DNA of 64,000 nucleotides from Candidatus Omnitrophota bacterium (GTDB lineage Bacteria > Omnitrophota > Omnitrophia > Omnitrophales > Aquincolibacteriaceae): contig JAKLFP010000003.1 of assembly GCA_022711115.1 (NCBI GenBank), positions 201,199 through 265,198 of the forward strand, in the 5' to 3' direction. This document shows, in pieces, positions 28,013-38,600 of the stretch. Position numbers and translations under genes: made by a program. The notes beneath the pieces were generated by a model. It was not told the origin of the DNA. It ran no database searches and worked only from the letters and a program-made list of their open reading frames with translations. Numbering within the stretch: position 1 is the stretch's first letter; the number at the start of each line of letters is the position of its first letter.

Positions 28013-29086
28013 ATGAAAGATATTGTCCCGACTCGATACTGGCAAAAAGTAAACGACACTCATATCCAGTGCACCCTTTGCCCGCGCCATTGTAAATTGG
28101 CGGAAGGCCAGCGCGGTTTTTGTTTTGTGCGCGCCTGCCAGAATGGCCAGATCGTGCTTACCACCTACGGCCGCTCCAGCGGTTTTTGTGTGGATCCCAT
28201 CGAAAAAAAGCCTCTTTATCATTTCCTGCCGGGAACACCAATCCTTTCGTTCGGCACTGCGGGCTGCAACCTCGGCTGCCAATTCTGCCAGAACTGGGAT
28301 ATCAGCAAAGCGAATGAAACCGATGTCCTCGCAGATACCGCATCACCGGAAAAAATCGCCATGACGGCAAAAAACTTGAAATGCCGCAGTGTGGCCTTCA
28401 CCTATAATGAACCGCATGTTTTTCATGAATACGCCATTGACTCGGCCAAGGAATGTCGCAAACTCGGGATTAGAACCGTAGCCGTCACGGCTGGTTATGT
28501 TTGCAAGGAACCACGCATTGAATTCTACGAATGGATAGATGCGGCGAACGTGGATTTGAAAGCCTTCACGGATGATTTCTACCAAAAATATACGGCCAGT
28601 CATCTTGCGCCTGTTCTGGAAACTTTGCTCTATATTAAAAAAGAAACCAAGGTGTGGCTGGAAATCACAACGCTTCTGATCCCATCCCTGAATGATTCCG
28701 AAAAAGAGATTCACGCCATGACAAACTGGATCCTGGAAAATCTCGGACCTGACGTCCCGCTTCATTTCACGGCATTTCATCCGGCCTGGAAAGTGGACTT
28801 CCCGCCTACTCCGCTTGCAACGCTTCAAAAAGCCCGCGCGATCGCCCTGAAGAACGGCCTCCGCTATGTCTACACCGGCAATGTCGACAATCCCGAAGGC
28901 GAAACGACTTATTGTCATGCCTGCAATAAAAAATTGATCGGCCGGGATGGATTTGAAATCACGGATTGGAATTTAAAAGAGAACGGCGCCTGCAAATCCT
29001 GCGGGACAATGGGTTCGGGCATTTTGGAACCCCAGCCAGGCACCTGGGGCTCGAAGCGATTGCCGGTCAGAATGAAGGAAGATTGA
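28013..29086 (+). CDS. amrS: AmmeMemoRadiSam system radical SAM enzyme
   Basis: The N-terminal CxxC is CTLCPRHC, the radical SAM CxxxCxxC is CNLGCQFCQNW, and the C-terminal Cys-rich region is CHACN...CKSCG. Confidence 0.85.
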   Translation: MKDIVPTRYWQKVNDTHIQCTLCPRHCKLAEGQRGFCFVRACQNGQIVLTTYGRSSGFCVDPIEKKPLYHFLPGTPILSFGTAGCNLGCQFCQNWDISKANETDVLADTASPEKIAMTAKNLKCRSVAFTYNEPHVFHEYAIDSAKECRKLGIRTVAVTAGYVCKEPRIEFYEWIDAANVDLKAFTDDFYQKYTASHLAPVLETLLYIKKETKVWLEITTLLIPSLNDSEKEIHAMTNWILENLGPDVPLHFTAFHPAWKVDFPPTPLATLQKARAIALKNGLRYVYTGNVDNPEGETTYCHACNKKLIGRDGFEITDWNLKENGACKSCGTMGSGILEPQPGTWGSKRLPVRMKED

Positions 29087-29090
29087 AACG

Positions 29091-32000
29091 CTATTCGTTG
29101 GCCAAATAAAATTTGATGGCTCGCTCGAGCAGATAATGCAAAAGCACATCTTTATAAGAAAGCGACTCGTGATAAAAAGGTTTGATACTGACATCTTCTT
29201 TTTTTAGAAGCCGGCTGCTTAGTCGAAAAAATCTGATAGAACCATCGCCGGCATTGGGAATACGTTTGACACTATTTTGGGAACGCACTTGCTTTCTTGG
29301 GTCACTCGTTTGCGCCAACACATCCTGCAGAGTATTTTGCTCAGAAGTGATTTCAGATTGTTTGGCTAACGGCTGACTTTCGGTTTGAGAACCGGCGATC
29401 ATGGTTGCCGCGAGTCCTATCACACCGGCGGGAACGGTGCGGTCATAATAGGAAAAATTGTCCTGAATCTGGCTCCAAGCAAAATTCAAAAGCCCATAGC
29501 CGATGCCCCAAGGGTTAAATAATGAAAAAATTTGAGTCACGGAATTGTAGTTGACCAACGCATAAGTATGACTAGGAACGACGCCGCTTCCGGAGACAGG
29601 ATTGCTTTTGGCCGTGAAGGTGAGGAGCGTATTCGGAGTGTTCCACGAATTCACGACCACGTTCCATTGGCTCGGATCCGGCAACCAGCCTGTTGTAACC
29701 GCATTTCCGGAAATAGCCTCGAGCGCATATGAGGAACTTCCCCATCCGATCGCGCGGTAACTATTCGAGTTTTTACCCCACTTTTCATGGATCTGGACAA
29801 ACGCCTTCTCGGCAAGAGCTGCCCATAATTCGGCATTATAATCGTAGGCAAAAGCACCGCGATTGGCGTATACAAAAACCCACGACGGTTCAACCGGCAC
29901 CTGACGATCCACGGTGACATAATCTGCAATACCCTCCTTAAAAAATCGTACGGTATAAGTTCCGTCACCGTTATCGATGAACATATCTGCGATGACATCC
30001 GGAGTCCGGCGAGCCGTTTCCGCAAGAGCGGCCAGAAAATAGCAGTCTGATGTAGCCCCCTGCACAATATCGGAATAACTGATCCCATTGACAAAAAGAC
30101 GTCCCACAGCAGCTCCACGATAGCTGCCGTCTTCCGCAACCGGACGGTCGAGTCCTAGAAACCATTTATTCACAAGCTTTTGAAGTTGCGCGGCCGAAGA
30201 TCCGGGCATTAAATTCCCCAAGGCCGTCTCCTGATAAACAGCATTAGCCTGGTTCCCAAGAATAACGGCATTCGCGAGGACATGAACATAATCAAGTTCT
30301 TTATAAAAAGCAGGACGATTTTGCATCTCCTGCAAGAGTGAAAATTCCACTGCCGAAACAAGACCTTCATCCTGAACCGCGTTTAAAATGGACAACAGAT
30401 CAGCCCGATTCAAAATGCCGTCGGATAAATCCGCCTGAATCAAAGAAGCCAAAGCAGTATCCGGACTCACGGTATAGTTGGACCCGTTTACTCTAAAATA
30501 AATCGTTTGGCCATTGAGTTGCGTGATTTGGATTCGGGTCATCAAGGCAAAGGTCTGTATATCGCTGGCCCAGGTACGGAACGTGTCCATGATCCCGTCA
30601 AAGAGCAGTTTTGCATTGATGGCCGTGCCGGTGCGATAATCGGCCGTTAGGGTCGTGAAATCGGGAACCGCATTCGGTGAAATATCAAAAGAAAGCTGAC
30701 TCAGCGTACCCATCAGAAAACCACTCCCCGTTACGGTAATTTGACATCTTGGAGGCACACTTCCGCTGATATAGGCCGCGCTCACTATTGTCCCAGCACT
30801 CAAGGCCGCTTGAAACTGAGCCACGTAATTTTTAACTTGAGGAGACGGTTGCTGCTCGAGATGAACGCCAGTAGCGTCACGATAGGCCTTGTAGTAGGAG
30901 TTCTCCAGTCTAAAGTATGTCGTTTGATCCTCATCTTTGCCCGTAATCATGAGCTGCATCATCGCGTAAAGTGTCTGAATATCGTTCAGTTTTGAGATCG
31001 GCGACATTTTCAAAGCCTGGAATAACATGCTCGCAGGAACTGTGATGTCAGCCGCCGAACCTTTATAGTTAGCCCGAATCGAACCTGCCACCAATTGACC
31101 GTTCGGCGAAAGATTGAAGAACAGATCCTTGAAGGAACCTTGCATGTTCGGCCAGGGGTCATAAACATGCACTTCATATTCAGGATTGGCGCAAAGAGAG
31201 CAAAAAGATATTTGTGTTTCATAGTTATATGTAAAGAGAGCTTGCAATTGAGTCACATAATTCTGAACCGCGGTTCTGAAGGCTTGATACGATTGATTTT
31301 GATAATTGAAATAAATCACACCGTTGACAATAGAAGTCACATTCAATTGCGTCAAGGCCACAAGGGATGCGACATCATTTTTAAGAAAAGGCGATTGATG
31401 GAATGTGAGAAAAAGCAGATTCGAATCGATGCCAGCAATACCCTGATAACTTACCTGAAGGGTCGGAATATCGAGCGTTCCATTCTGTTTAATTACAAAT
31501 TCCATCCGGTTCAAGGCACCGGTCGCTGCGGCAGCATTGGTCACAATGACTTTATAGCCGGAGGTCCTGTAAACGTAGTGAAACGTCAAACTTCCGATGC
31601 TGTTTTTAAACGAAGAGAGTGTGGCCACAACAGGTGCCGGAATATCCATATCGGTTGATTGTTTGATAAGATCAACAAGATAACTTGTCCGGACCGACAT
31701 CGGATCTGTCCACACAAGCCATGAAGGTGAAGATACGGAAGTAATGTTCGCTGTGATGCTGCCGCTGGCCGAATCAACAACGATCCGGGTGATCTGAGAT
31801 CTCCAATTCCCTCCCTGACAATTGATATCACTACAGGTGGTCCGCCAGATGGAAGAAAGAACATAACCTGCCGCATAATTAAATTGGGCCTGCGTACCGG
31901 TCTTCAAATCCACCACTTGTTTGATGTTGTATTGACCACCATAAGTCATTATGACGATCTTGCCCACATCCATCAAAACACCATTTCGGGTTTCAGATAT

Positions 32001-32354
32001 AAATGCATTGATCTCATTGGAGTTCTGGGGATTCACAGAGACTCGGATATTCAACGGCACGCCGTTTGTACCATAATATTTTTGCAAGGCCGGCATCACC
32101 TGTGATGTGAGATTATCCATGGGTGTTGCCACACTAAGCGGTCCAAAAGGCACAAGGCTTCCGGAGGGAATCGATGTCTGCGTTGAAGTTTGTGAAGAAG
32201 TAGAGTTCGTTTGCGTTCCTTCAAAAGTCTGTGTGGGCATACTTTGGGCAAGCGGGTCCTTCTGCGTAGTTGGGGCCAAAAGTGCAAACCCCGTCGGCAT
32301 TATTTGGGTACTCACTAACAGGAAAGCCATTAGAACTGCTAAAGATTTTTTCAT
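29091..32354 (-). CDS. large secreted protein with C-terminal calpain-like cysteine protease (peptidase C2) domain; N-terminal region paralogous to a segment of the adjacent 2462-aa protein
   Basis: The signal peptide is MKKSLAVLMAFLLVSTQIMPTGFA. The calpain triad context is QGATSDCYFLAALA (Cys codon 30042-30044), SHTYALV (His) and FNPWG (Asn codon 29514-29516). The protein is 1087 aa. Confidence 0.8.
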   Translation of the reverse strand: MKKSLAVLMAFLLVSTQIMPTGFALLAPTTQKDPLAQSMPTQTFEGTQTNSTSSQTSTQTSIPSGSLVPFGPLSVATPMDNLTSQVMPALQKYYGTNGVPLNIRVSVNPQNSNEINAFISETRNGVLMDVGKIVIMTYGGQYNIKQVVDLKTGTQAQFNYAAGYVLSSIWRTTCSDINCQGGNWRSQITRIVVDSASGSITANITSVSSPSWLVWTDPMSVRTSYLVDLIKQSTDMDIPAPVVATLSSFKNSIGSLTFHYVYRTSGYKVIVTNAAAATGALNRMEFVIKQNGTLDIPTLQVSYQGIAGIDSNLLFLTFHQSPFLKNDVASLVALTQLNVTSIVNGVIYFNYQNQSYQAFRTAVQNYVTQLQALFTYNYETQISFCSLCANPEYEVHVYDPWPNMQGSFKDLFFNLSPNGQLVAGSIRANYKGSAADITVPASMLFQALKMSPISKLNDIQTLYAMMQLMITGKDEDQTTYFRLENSYYKAYRDATGVHLEQQPSPQVKNYVAQFQAALSAGTIVSAAYISGSVPPRCQITVTGSGFLMGTLSQLSFDISPNAVPDFTTLTADYRTGTAINAKLLFDGIMDTFRTWASDIQTFALMTRIQITQLNGQTIYFRVNGSNYTVSPDTALASLIQADLSDGILNRADLLSILNAVQDEGLVSAVEFSLLQEMQNRPAFYKELDYVHVLANAVILGNQANAVYQETALGNLMPGSSAAQLQKLVNKWFLGLDRPVAEDGSYRGAAVGRLFVNGISYSDIVQGATSDCYFLAALAETARRTPDVIADMFIDNGDGTYTVRFFKEGIADYVTVDRQVPVEPSWVFVYANRGAFAYDYNAELWAALAEKAFVQIHEKWGKNSNSYRAIGWGSSSYALEAISGNAVTTGWLPDPSQWNVVVNSWNTPNTLLTFTAKSNPVSGSGVVPSHTYALVNYNSVTQIFSLFNPWGIGYGLLNFAWSQIQDNFSYYDRTVPAGVIGLAATMIAGSQTESQPLAKQSEITSEQNTLQDVLAQTSDPRKQVRSQNSVKRIPNAGDGSIRFFRLSSRLLKKEDVSIKPFYHESLSYKDVLLHYLLERAIKFYLANE
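31274..32093. repeat. paralogous segment (copy 1) shared between the two giant genes, about 80% DNA identity with 36507..37326
   Basis: The encoded peptide LQKYYGTNGVPLNIRVSVNPQNSNEINAFISE...GKIVIMTYGGQYNIKQVVDLKTGTQAQFNYAAGYVLSSIWRTTCSDINC is nearly identical to the copy in the 2462-aa gene. Antisense ORFs 31884..32105 and 37117..37302 mirror each other. Boundaries are approximate. Confidence 0.75.
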
Positions 32355-32682
32355 TCTAAAGCCTCCGATAAAATTTATAAATCTCGATCAAATTTCTCTA
32401 CATTAAAGAGTTTTATTTTGTGTTAAAAAAGTTAAAACCATTTTAACTTTCTTTCGCTAAAAGATAGCATTTCTCTCATTAATGTCAAAAATGCGTTTAT
32501 GGAAGATTCTTCTTGCTATGAATTGATTTTTGGTATTTTAAGGAGTAACTTTTACAAAATTCTAAGAGGAAATCTTTAAACCAAAACGTGGAATTGTGAA
32601 TCAAAATAATCCATTGGCAGGATGAAGGTCTTTGATTAAAAACACCTGGTTCATACAACTAATGTTTGTGTCGTGATCCTTT

Positions 32683-35600
32683 TCAGACTGTAGCAGAAAG
32701 CAACGACCCCATAAGAACCCACACACCATTTATAAGCTGATACCAATTACTGTTATAGTAGATCCATTGCCCTGCCGGTTCAGAAAAAGCCGTATAGGAA
32801 ATCCCGTTATATCTAAAAACGATATCAAAACCCTGAATATTCGCCCCAGACCGAGACCTTGTGTTGGAAGTGCTCGATAAGTATTCAAAACTTTTGGCCC
32901 GAAGTGATAACTGCATCATTAAAAATTGTTCCGCACTTTCCAGGGGCTGCATCACTTCCGCTTCTGCCTCAGCATAGGTATAAAATGTTCCGGTCCTCGG
33001 ATTTATCACATCCCGGATCGCACCCGTCACCAGTTTCGATGCCAACCCATGAAAGCTGCTATCCGGAATCCGGTCCACAAGCCACTGCTGTCGATTGATA
33101 TCATGCTTATTGAAATTTAAAAGCCGCATCCAGTTCGCTGTCACCTGGTGTGCCCGCCATTCCATATGCGCTGCATCATCAACGACATCGATCGAGTGTT
33201 TCATTTCATGTGCCAGGATCGGTAAGGCAAGACGAGCTGAGGCAGCGCCTTGCGTTCCGCTGAGCGCCGTTAAATCACAGTAAAAGATAAGCACTTTATC
33301 AACAGTCGCTTGGATTGCAACACCCATCCCTGAAAAAATCCAACTAGCACTCGCTGAAGCATAAAAAGGATGTTCCTGCAATTGTCTTAAGACCAGATGA
33401 TACGGACTGCGTAAATAAGTGAGAAACGTCGCACTGTCTGTCTGCATGCCCAAGGCAATCATTTGTCTCATGGCGTTTCTCGCTTGGGCGTTGATCCCCT
33501 CCGCCACGAAGGTTTCATAGGTCGTCGTGACAAAATAGCTGGCCGGTTGTATCGAGCGAAAACTATTTTGAATATTGGTATACAGTTCCCTCGAAAAATT
33601 CTGCCGGCTTAGCAGCACATCCACAAAAAGCTGTCCCGATGAGTTGTAATAATCTGTGGTGTCCCCGTTCGCGTAGGTCCGCTTCGAATAATCCGGTGTG
33701 GTGTTGGTGCCCGTATAGCAATACTGCTGGGTCCATGCTGGCGTGCCGTTTGCGGCATATTGTGTCCTGACACTTAATCTCCCGAAAACGTCATTTTGAA
33801 CAACCGAGATCTGGGAACCCGCCGGCGCGGCAACGTCCACATCCACCAGCTTAGTCTGGCCGTTCCAATGCAAGCTGATCCTCACAACCGACCCACCCGG
33901 CAGCTGGATGCTTTCATATCCGACAAACCGGAAATTCTGGATCCCGGTACCAAAAATTTGCGCCACAATCTGTGGATTACCTGAGAGAATGCTGAAGGCC
34001 GCAGCTGTTTTTTCCTGCCTCGCAATTATGTCAGGCGATGCTCCGAGAACTCTGACGGCTTGAAAGGTTGCGGCATAGGCGTTCGCTTCCGAAACAAGAA
34101 TCGCTACATTAGGGTCTGCCGCTACATCAACCGAATGGGTTGCTTCATGAGCCACTCTCGGCACTATCCAGTTTCTTCGAGTCATGGAGTCTTGAGGAAG
34201 CGCAAGAAAAGGCTCGAGGGGCATTACAACGATATCGTAAGCTTCCGACGACATTGCGAATTGACTCAAAGCTTCGGGAGTGAGATTGATCCCTTTTAAG
34301 AACAGCACGGGAAACGAAGCTCCTGCCGGGAGAATGTGATTAACCGGATCCGTCATAAAAGCATAGGCTTGCGCCACAAGGTCCAAGTTTTGAGCGGTTG
34401 CCTGCACAGATTCCAGGAACTGCGCGGCAGTGATCTGTGTAAGAGGATCCTCCTGCCGCAACCCCGCAAACAAAGCGTCATAAGGAAGATACGTGCCCTG
34501 CAGGTTCACGATCCATTGGCCATTGTAATAGATCAATCCGCCGGAGAGATCGGAAAAAATATTTTGAAAAATATTTTGATTGGTACCGCTGTAAGAAAAA
34601 ACCATGTCATACCCGTTGTTCATTATTCCAAAATGATCTCTGTTTGCAGACGAGCTTGAGATGAACTGCAAAGAATTCATGCCCATACTCGCCAAATAAA
34701 GAATGGCGCTAGATTGATAAGGCGGTAAAAATTGAGAAAAAACAACACTTCGCAACCGACGTTCATTCCATTCGGTATTGTAAGTCGCCATTGCATTCGC
34801 AAGATCTTGGCTGGCAGAATTCAATTGGGCCAAGAGCGCCTGGAGTTCTGCCTCGCTCTTATAATTCAAATCACCGATGATCATCATCTGTGGATTTCGA
34901 GCGCTAAGCCCTAACATCTGAGCTCTTTGCATTTCAATTGATTCGAAATTAACCACTTGATCAAATTGATTCTGCGCGAGGCATTTCCAGTTCCAAATCA
35001 TTTTTTTCAGAGTATTGTAGGTTAGCAGGGTGTCTGCCTGCATGGGCGGCTCGATCACTGTACCGAAAACCTGAACTTTTGCGGCAGCAAAAGTCGCCCC
35101 TATCGCATTGATTTCCTGACTGAAAACAGAAAAATCCTGCGCTCTTCGGGCATTAAATTCTGTGGATTGGGTTATAAGAGATTGGATGACAGACTGAACA
35201 TTGTTGATCAAGGACATTTGGATATTTACCGAATGCCATGACGAGTCAACAAAAACCCAAAAACTCGTATCGGAAATTGCATGAACAAAAACAGTCTTAT
35301 GCCCGCCTCCTGGAAGCTGGAAGGTAAGTTCGCGCCCTGTAAGAATGACTGAATCCTTTGTCATAGACGCAACACGACTCGACTCAAAGACCATTTTCGT
35401 AATGCCCGATGCAAGAAGATTCAGTTGCGCGGCCCAAACAAGCCGGATGGCTCTTTCCCGTGAAATACCGTTCGCGAAATAATAATTTTGGACCAGAGTT
35501 CCTTCCGTGGATCCATCACCGGCAACATCGATCATATATTTTTCTTCGTTGATGGAGACTTGCGGGCTACCTAACATCTCCATCCATCTTACGGTTTCCG

Positions 35601-38600
35601 CTCTCGCATATTTTTCCGACGCCACCATCGGAGAATTGCAAATGCCTTTAACCCCGCAGTAAACATGCGCCATTTCATGCGCCATAAAGCTAGCCATTCC
35701 TCCCTTGGTGTTATCATTAAGTAAGGGGACAGAACCCAAATCAAGCGTAACGGTTGCCGTGGCAGCGACGCCATATCCGCCGCCGACATGAGGGGAACTG
35801 GGATTCGTCAAAATAATGAAATGGCGAAGCGTACTTAAAAGCTGCCCGAACCTTGCCGCATCTCGGTTCATTGCATACGCTATGAGATCTGTTAGGAAAT
35901 TCCGTTCAGAAGTTGTAGGCGCATGCGCGATAAACTCAGCGTAAGTCATGTTGCCAAAACTTTCTCGAATATAAGGAAATGCATTTTTTGTATTATTAAA
36001 TTCGATTTCCGTCATGGTCGTCCGATCCAGAAGCGCATCGACAAAACGCTGGCCGGCAGAATTATAATAATCGATATCGCCATTCGCATAAGTCCGCTTG
36101 GAATAATCCGGCGTGATGTTCGCGCCGGTGTAGTAATACTGCTGCGTCCATAAAAGCGTCCGGTTATCATATTGAGTCATCAGAGCTAAACGACCGATGG
36201 AATCATATCGTTTGATCGTCGCCTGAGAACCACTGACAAGCCATTGATACCACACGCCGTTGTAATAGATCCATTGACCGGATAGATCTGAAAAAGCATT
36301 GTAGAGAGTACTGCCGCGTCTGAAGACGATATTGTAGCCCTGAACACTTGTCCCAAAGCGGGAGGCCGTCGTGGAAGTGCTTGAAATATATTCAAAGCTA
36401 TTGGGGGCAAAGCTGAACTGGGTCATAAGAAATTGCTCCGCGCTATCCAGCGGCACTGACGGAAGAAGATAAATCTGTGTGGACGGTGCCGGGGCTTTAA
36501 AAATCACATAGGAAAGAGTTTGATACACAAATTTGATAGAACCGCTGGAGCCCGCCTGAACGTTACTGATTCGTGGCAACATGGTCAGCGCAGCCACATC
36601 ACTAATGCCGGGTTGTAAAAGTTTCATGCCCTCGAATAACAATGAACCGTTTGGCGTTAGATTTGTTGTCGCGCCTTTATAAGTCAACTGAAGAGTCGTT
36701 AAGTCGATGGTTCCATTCCGCCTGACCACAAATTCCATCCGGCTTAAGCCACCGACAATCGCGGTTGGATTGGTGACAATAACTTTATAACCTCCGGTGA
36801 CATAGAAATAATGAAATGTCAAACTGCCGATATTGTTCTTAAATGAGGAGAGTGTGGCCGCAACAGGTACGGGAATGTCCATGTCTGTTGATTTTTTGAT
36901 AAGATCCGCAAAACTGGTGAAACTCACGGACGTTGCATCTGTCCATACAAGGAATGTAGGCGACGAAACTGAAGTAACAGTCGCAGTGCCACTGCTGGTC
37001 GAAGAATCAAGGGTGGTAACACTGATCTGTGATTTCCAATACCCTCCTCGACAATTGATATCACTGCAGGTCGTTCGCCAGATAGAAGAAAGGACATAGC
37101 CTGCCGCGTAATTGAATTGAGCCTGCGTGCCAGTCTTGAGATCCACAACGCGGCTGATGTTATACTGGCCACCATAGGTCATGATCACGATCTTCCCCAC
37201 ATCTTTCATGACGCCATTCTGGAGTTCGGATATAAATACATTGATCTCGTTAGAGTTTTGAGGATTCACAGAAACACGGATATTCGCCGGCAACCCGCTT
37301 AGCCCATAATATTTCTGCAACGTCTGCATCAAGGGCGTTTCATCCTGATACGTCACAATCGTACCATTGCGATAGATCTTATAAAACTTCCCCTGCCACC
37401 CAAGATGAATAGCTCCTGTCGGTTCCACGCTGTAAATCGTACTTTGAGTGAGGCGGATAAGTGCATCTCGATCCGCAGTAATGGCTGGAGTTAAAAGTTT
37501 GATCGCGGAAAACAATAATTGCTGATCCAAAGATGTGATATCCTGATAGCTGATACTTTGGATGGCGTCCAGACTTCCATTGGCAAGCAGTGAAAAAGAT
37601 GCGGATACAAAGGTCCCTCTCGGATGAGTGTTGTTATTGATAATCTCGGTAAGAAGTTTGCCAGCACCCGTGTCATAACGCAAACTGACCTTCAAACCAC
37701 TAGGAAGCATGGATTGTAACGTGATGGCATTCTGTAAACTGTAAGCAGCTGTTTGAAGGATTTTGTTTGTTTTTGCATTGGTATGCCAAACAATTGCCGC
37801 ATCCATGCTTTGAGCAATCGAAGTCAATTGCTGTTGGGTTTGGAGAAGTTCAGTTCGCGTGGCAAAATAAACATTGGTCATAAACTGTGCGGCCTGCTGC
37901 AACACGTAACCATCAAGGCCCAATTCATTGGCTCGCTGGACCTCGGCGATGCTGAATTCGACCACGCTGTCATATGCATTAGTCAGCATCTTTTTCCCGT
38001 TCCACAAAATCTTCAGAATTGTGGTAAACGATAGAAGAAGATCGGGATCCGTCGGCGGAGTAACAATAGTCCCGTTAATTGTTAATACAGCACTTGCAAA
38101 TGTGGAGCCCGACACATCGATCGGTCCGAAAAGAGCGGTAAAAGTTTGATTTAAAAGGGTCGTGATCGTATTGGCTTTTGTTGCGAGCTGTTGCTGCAAG
38201 GCTTCGATCGAGGTTATTAATTCGAAATTATTATAAAAATCATGCCAGGTGCCGTCAAAGAGTGAAATAGTTTCATTGGAAGTACCAGGATTGATGATAT
38301 TCGAAACAAAAATGGTAGCGGTCTGAAATTCAACCGTATGACCAGTAACCGTGCCAGAACCACGTGTCATAGATCCCGCGGTCACCGAGACCAGTTGCGG
38401 GACTACTTTGGAATCGCTCGTCTGCTGCGCTACTTGGTAGATTCTGGCAATTTCTTCGGGCGAGCGCATGAAGAGCGCGCTTTCATTAAAAACAACCTGC
38501 CTTCCGGAATAAAATGTCTCAGCAAAAAGCGGCCCTGTGATAACTTCTTGCCAATGAGATCCGTTCAAATAAATTTGGCTATTCCAGGGATCGATCCACC

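Noticed and set aside
31095-31658. 187-aa ORF on the plus strand, and several 60-100-aa ORFs inside 29-40 kb
   Set aside because: They are antisense shadows of the giant genes. Their mutual similarity (for example 31884-32105 vs 37117-37302) only reflects the sense-strand duplication.
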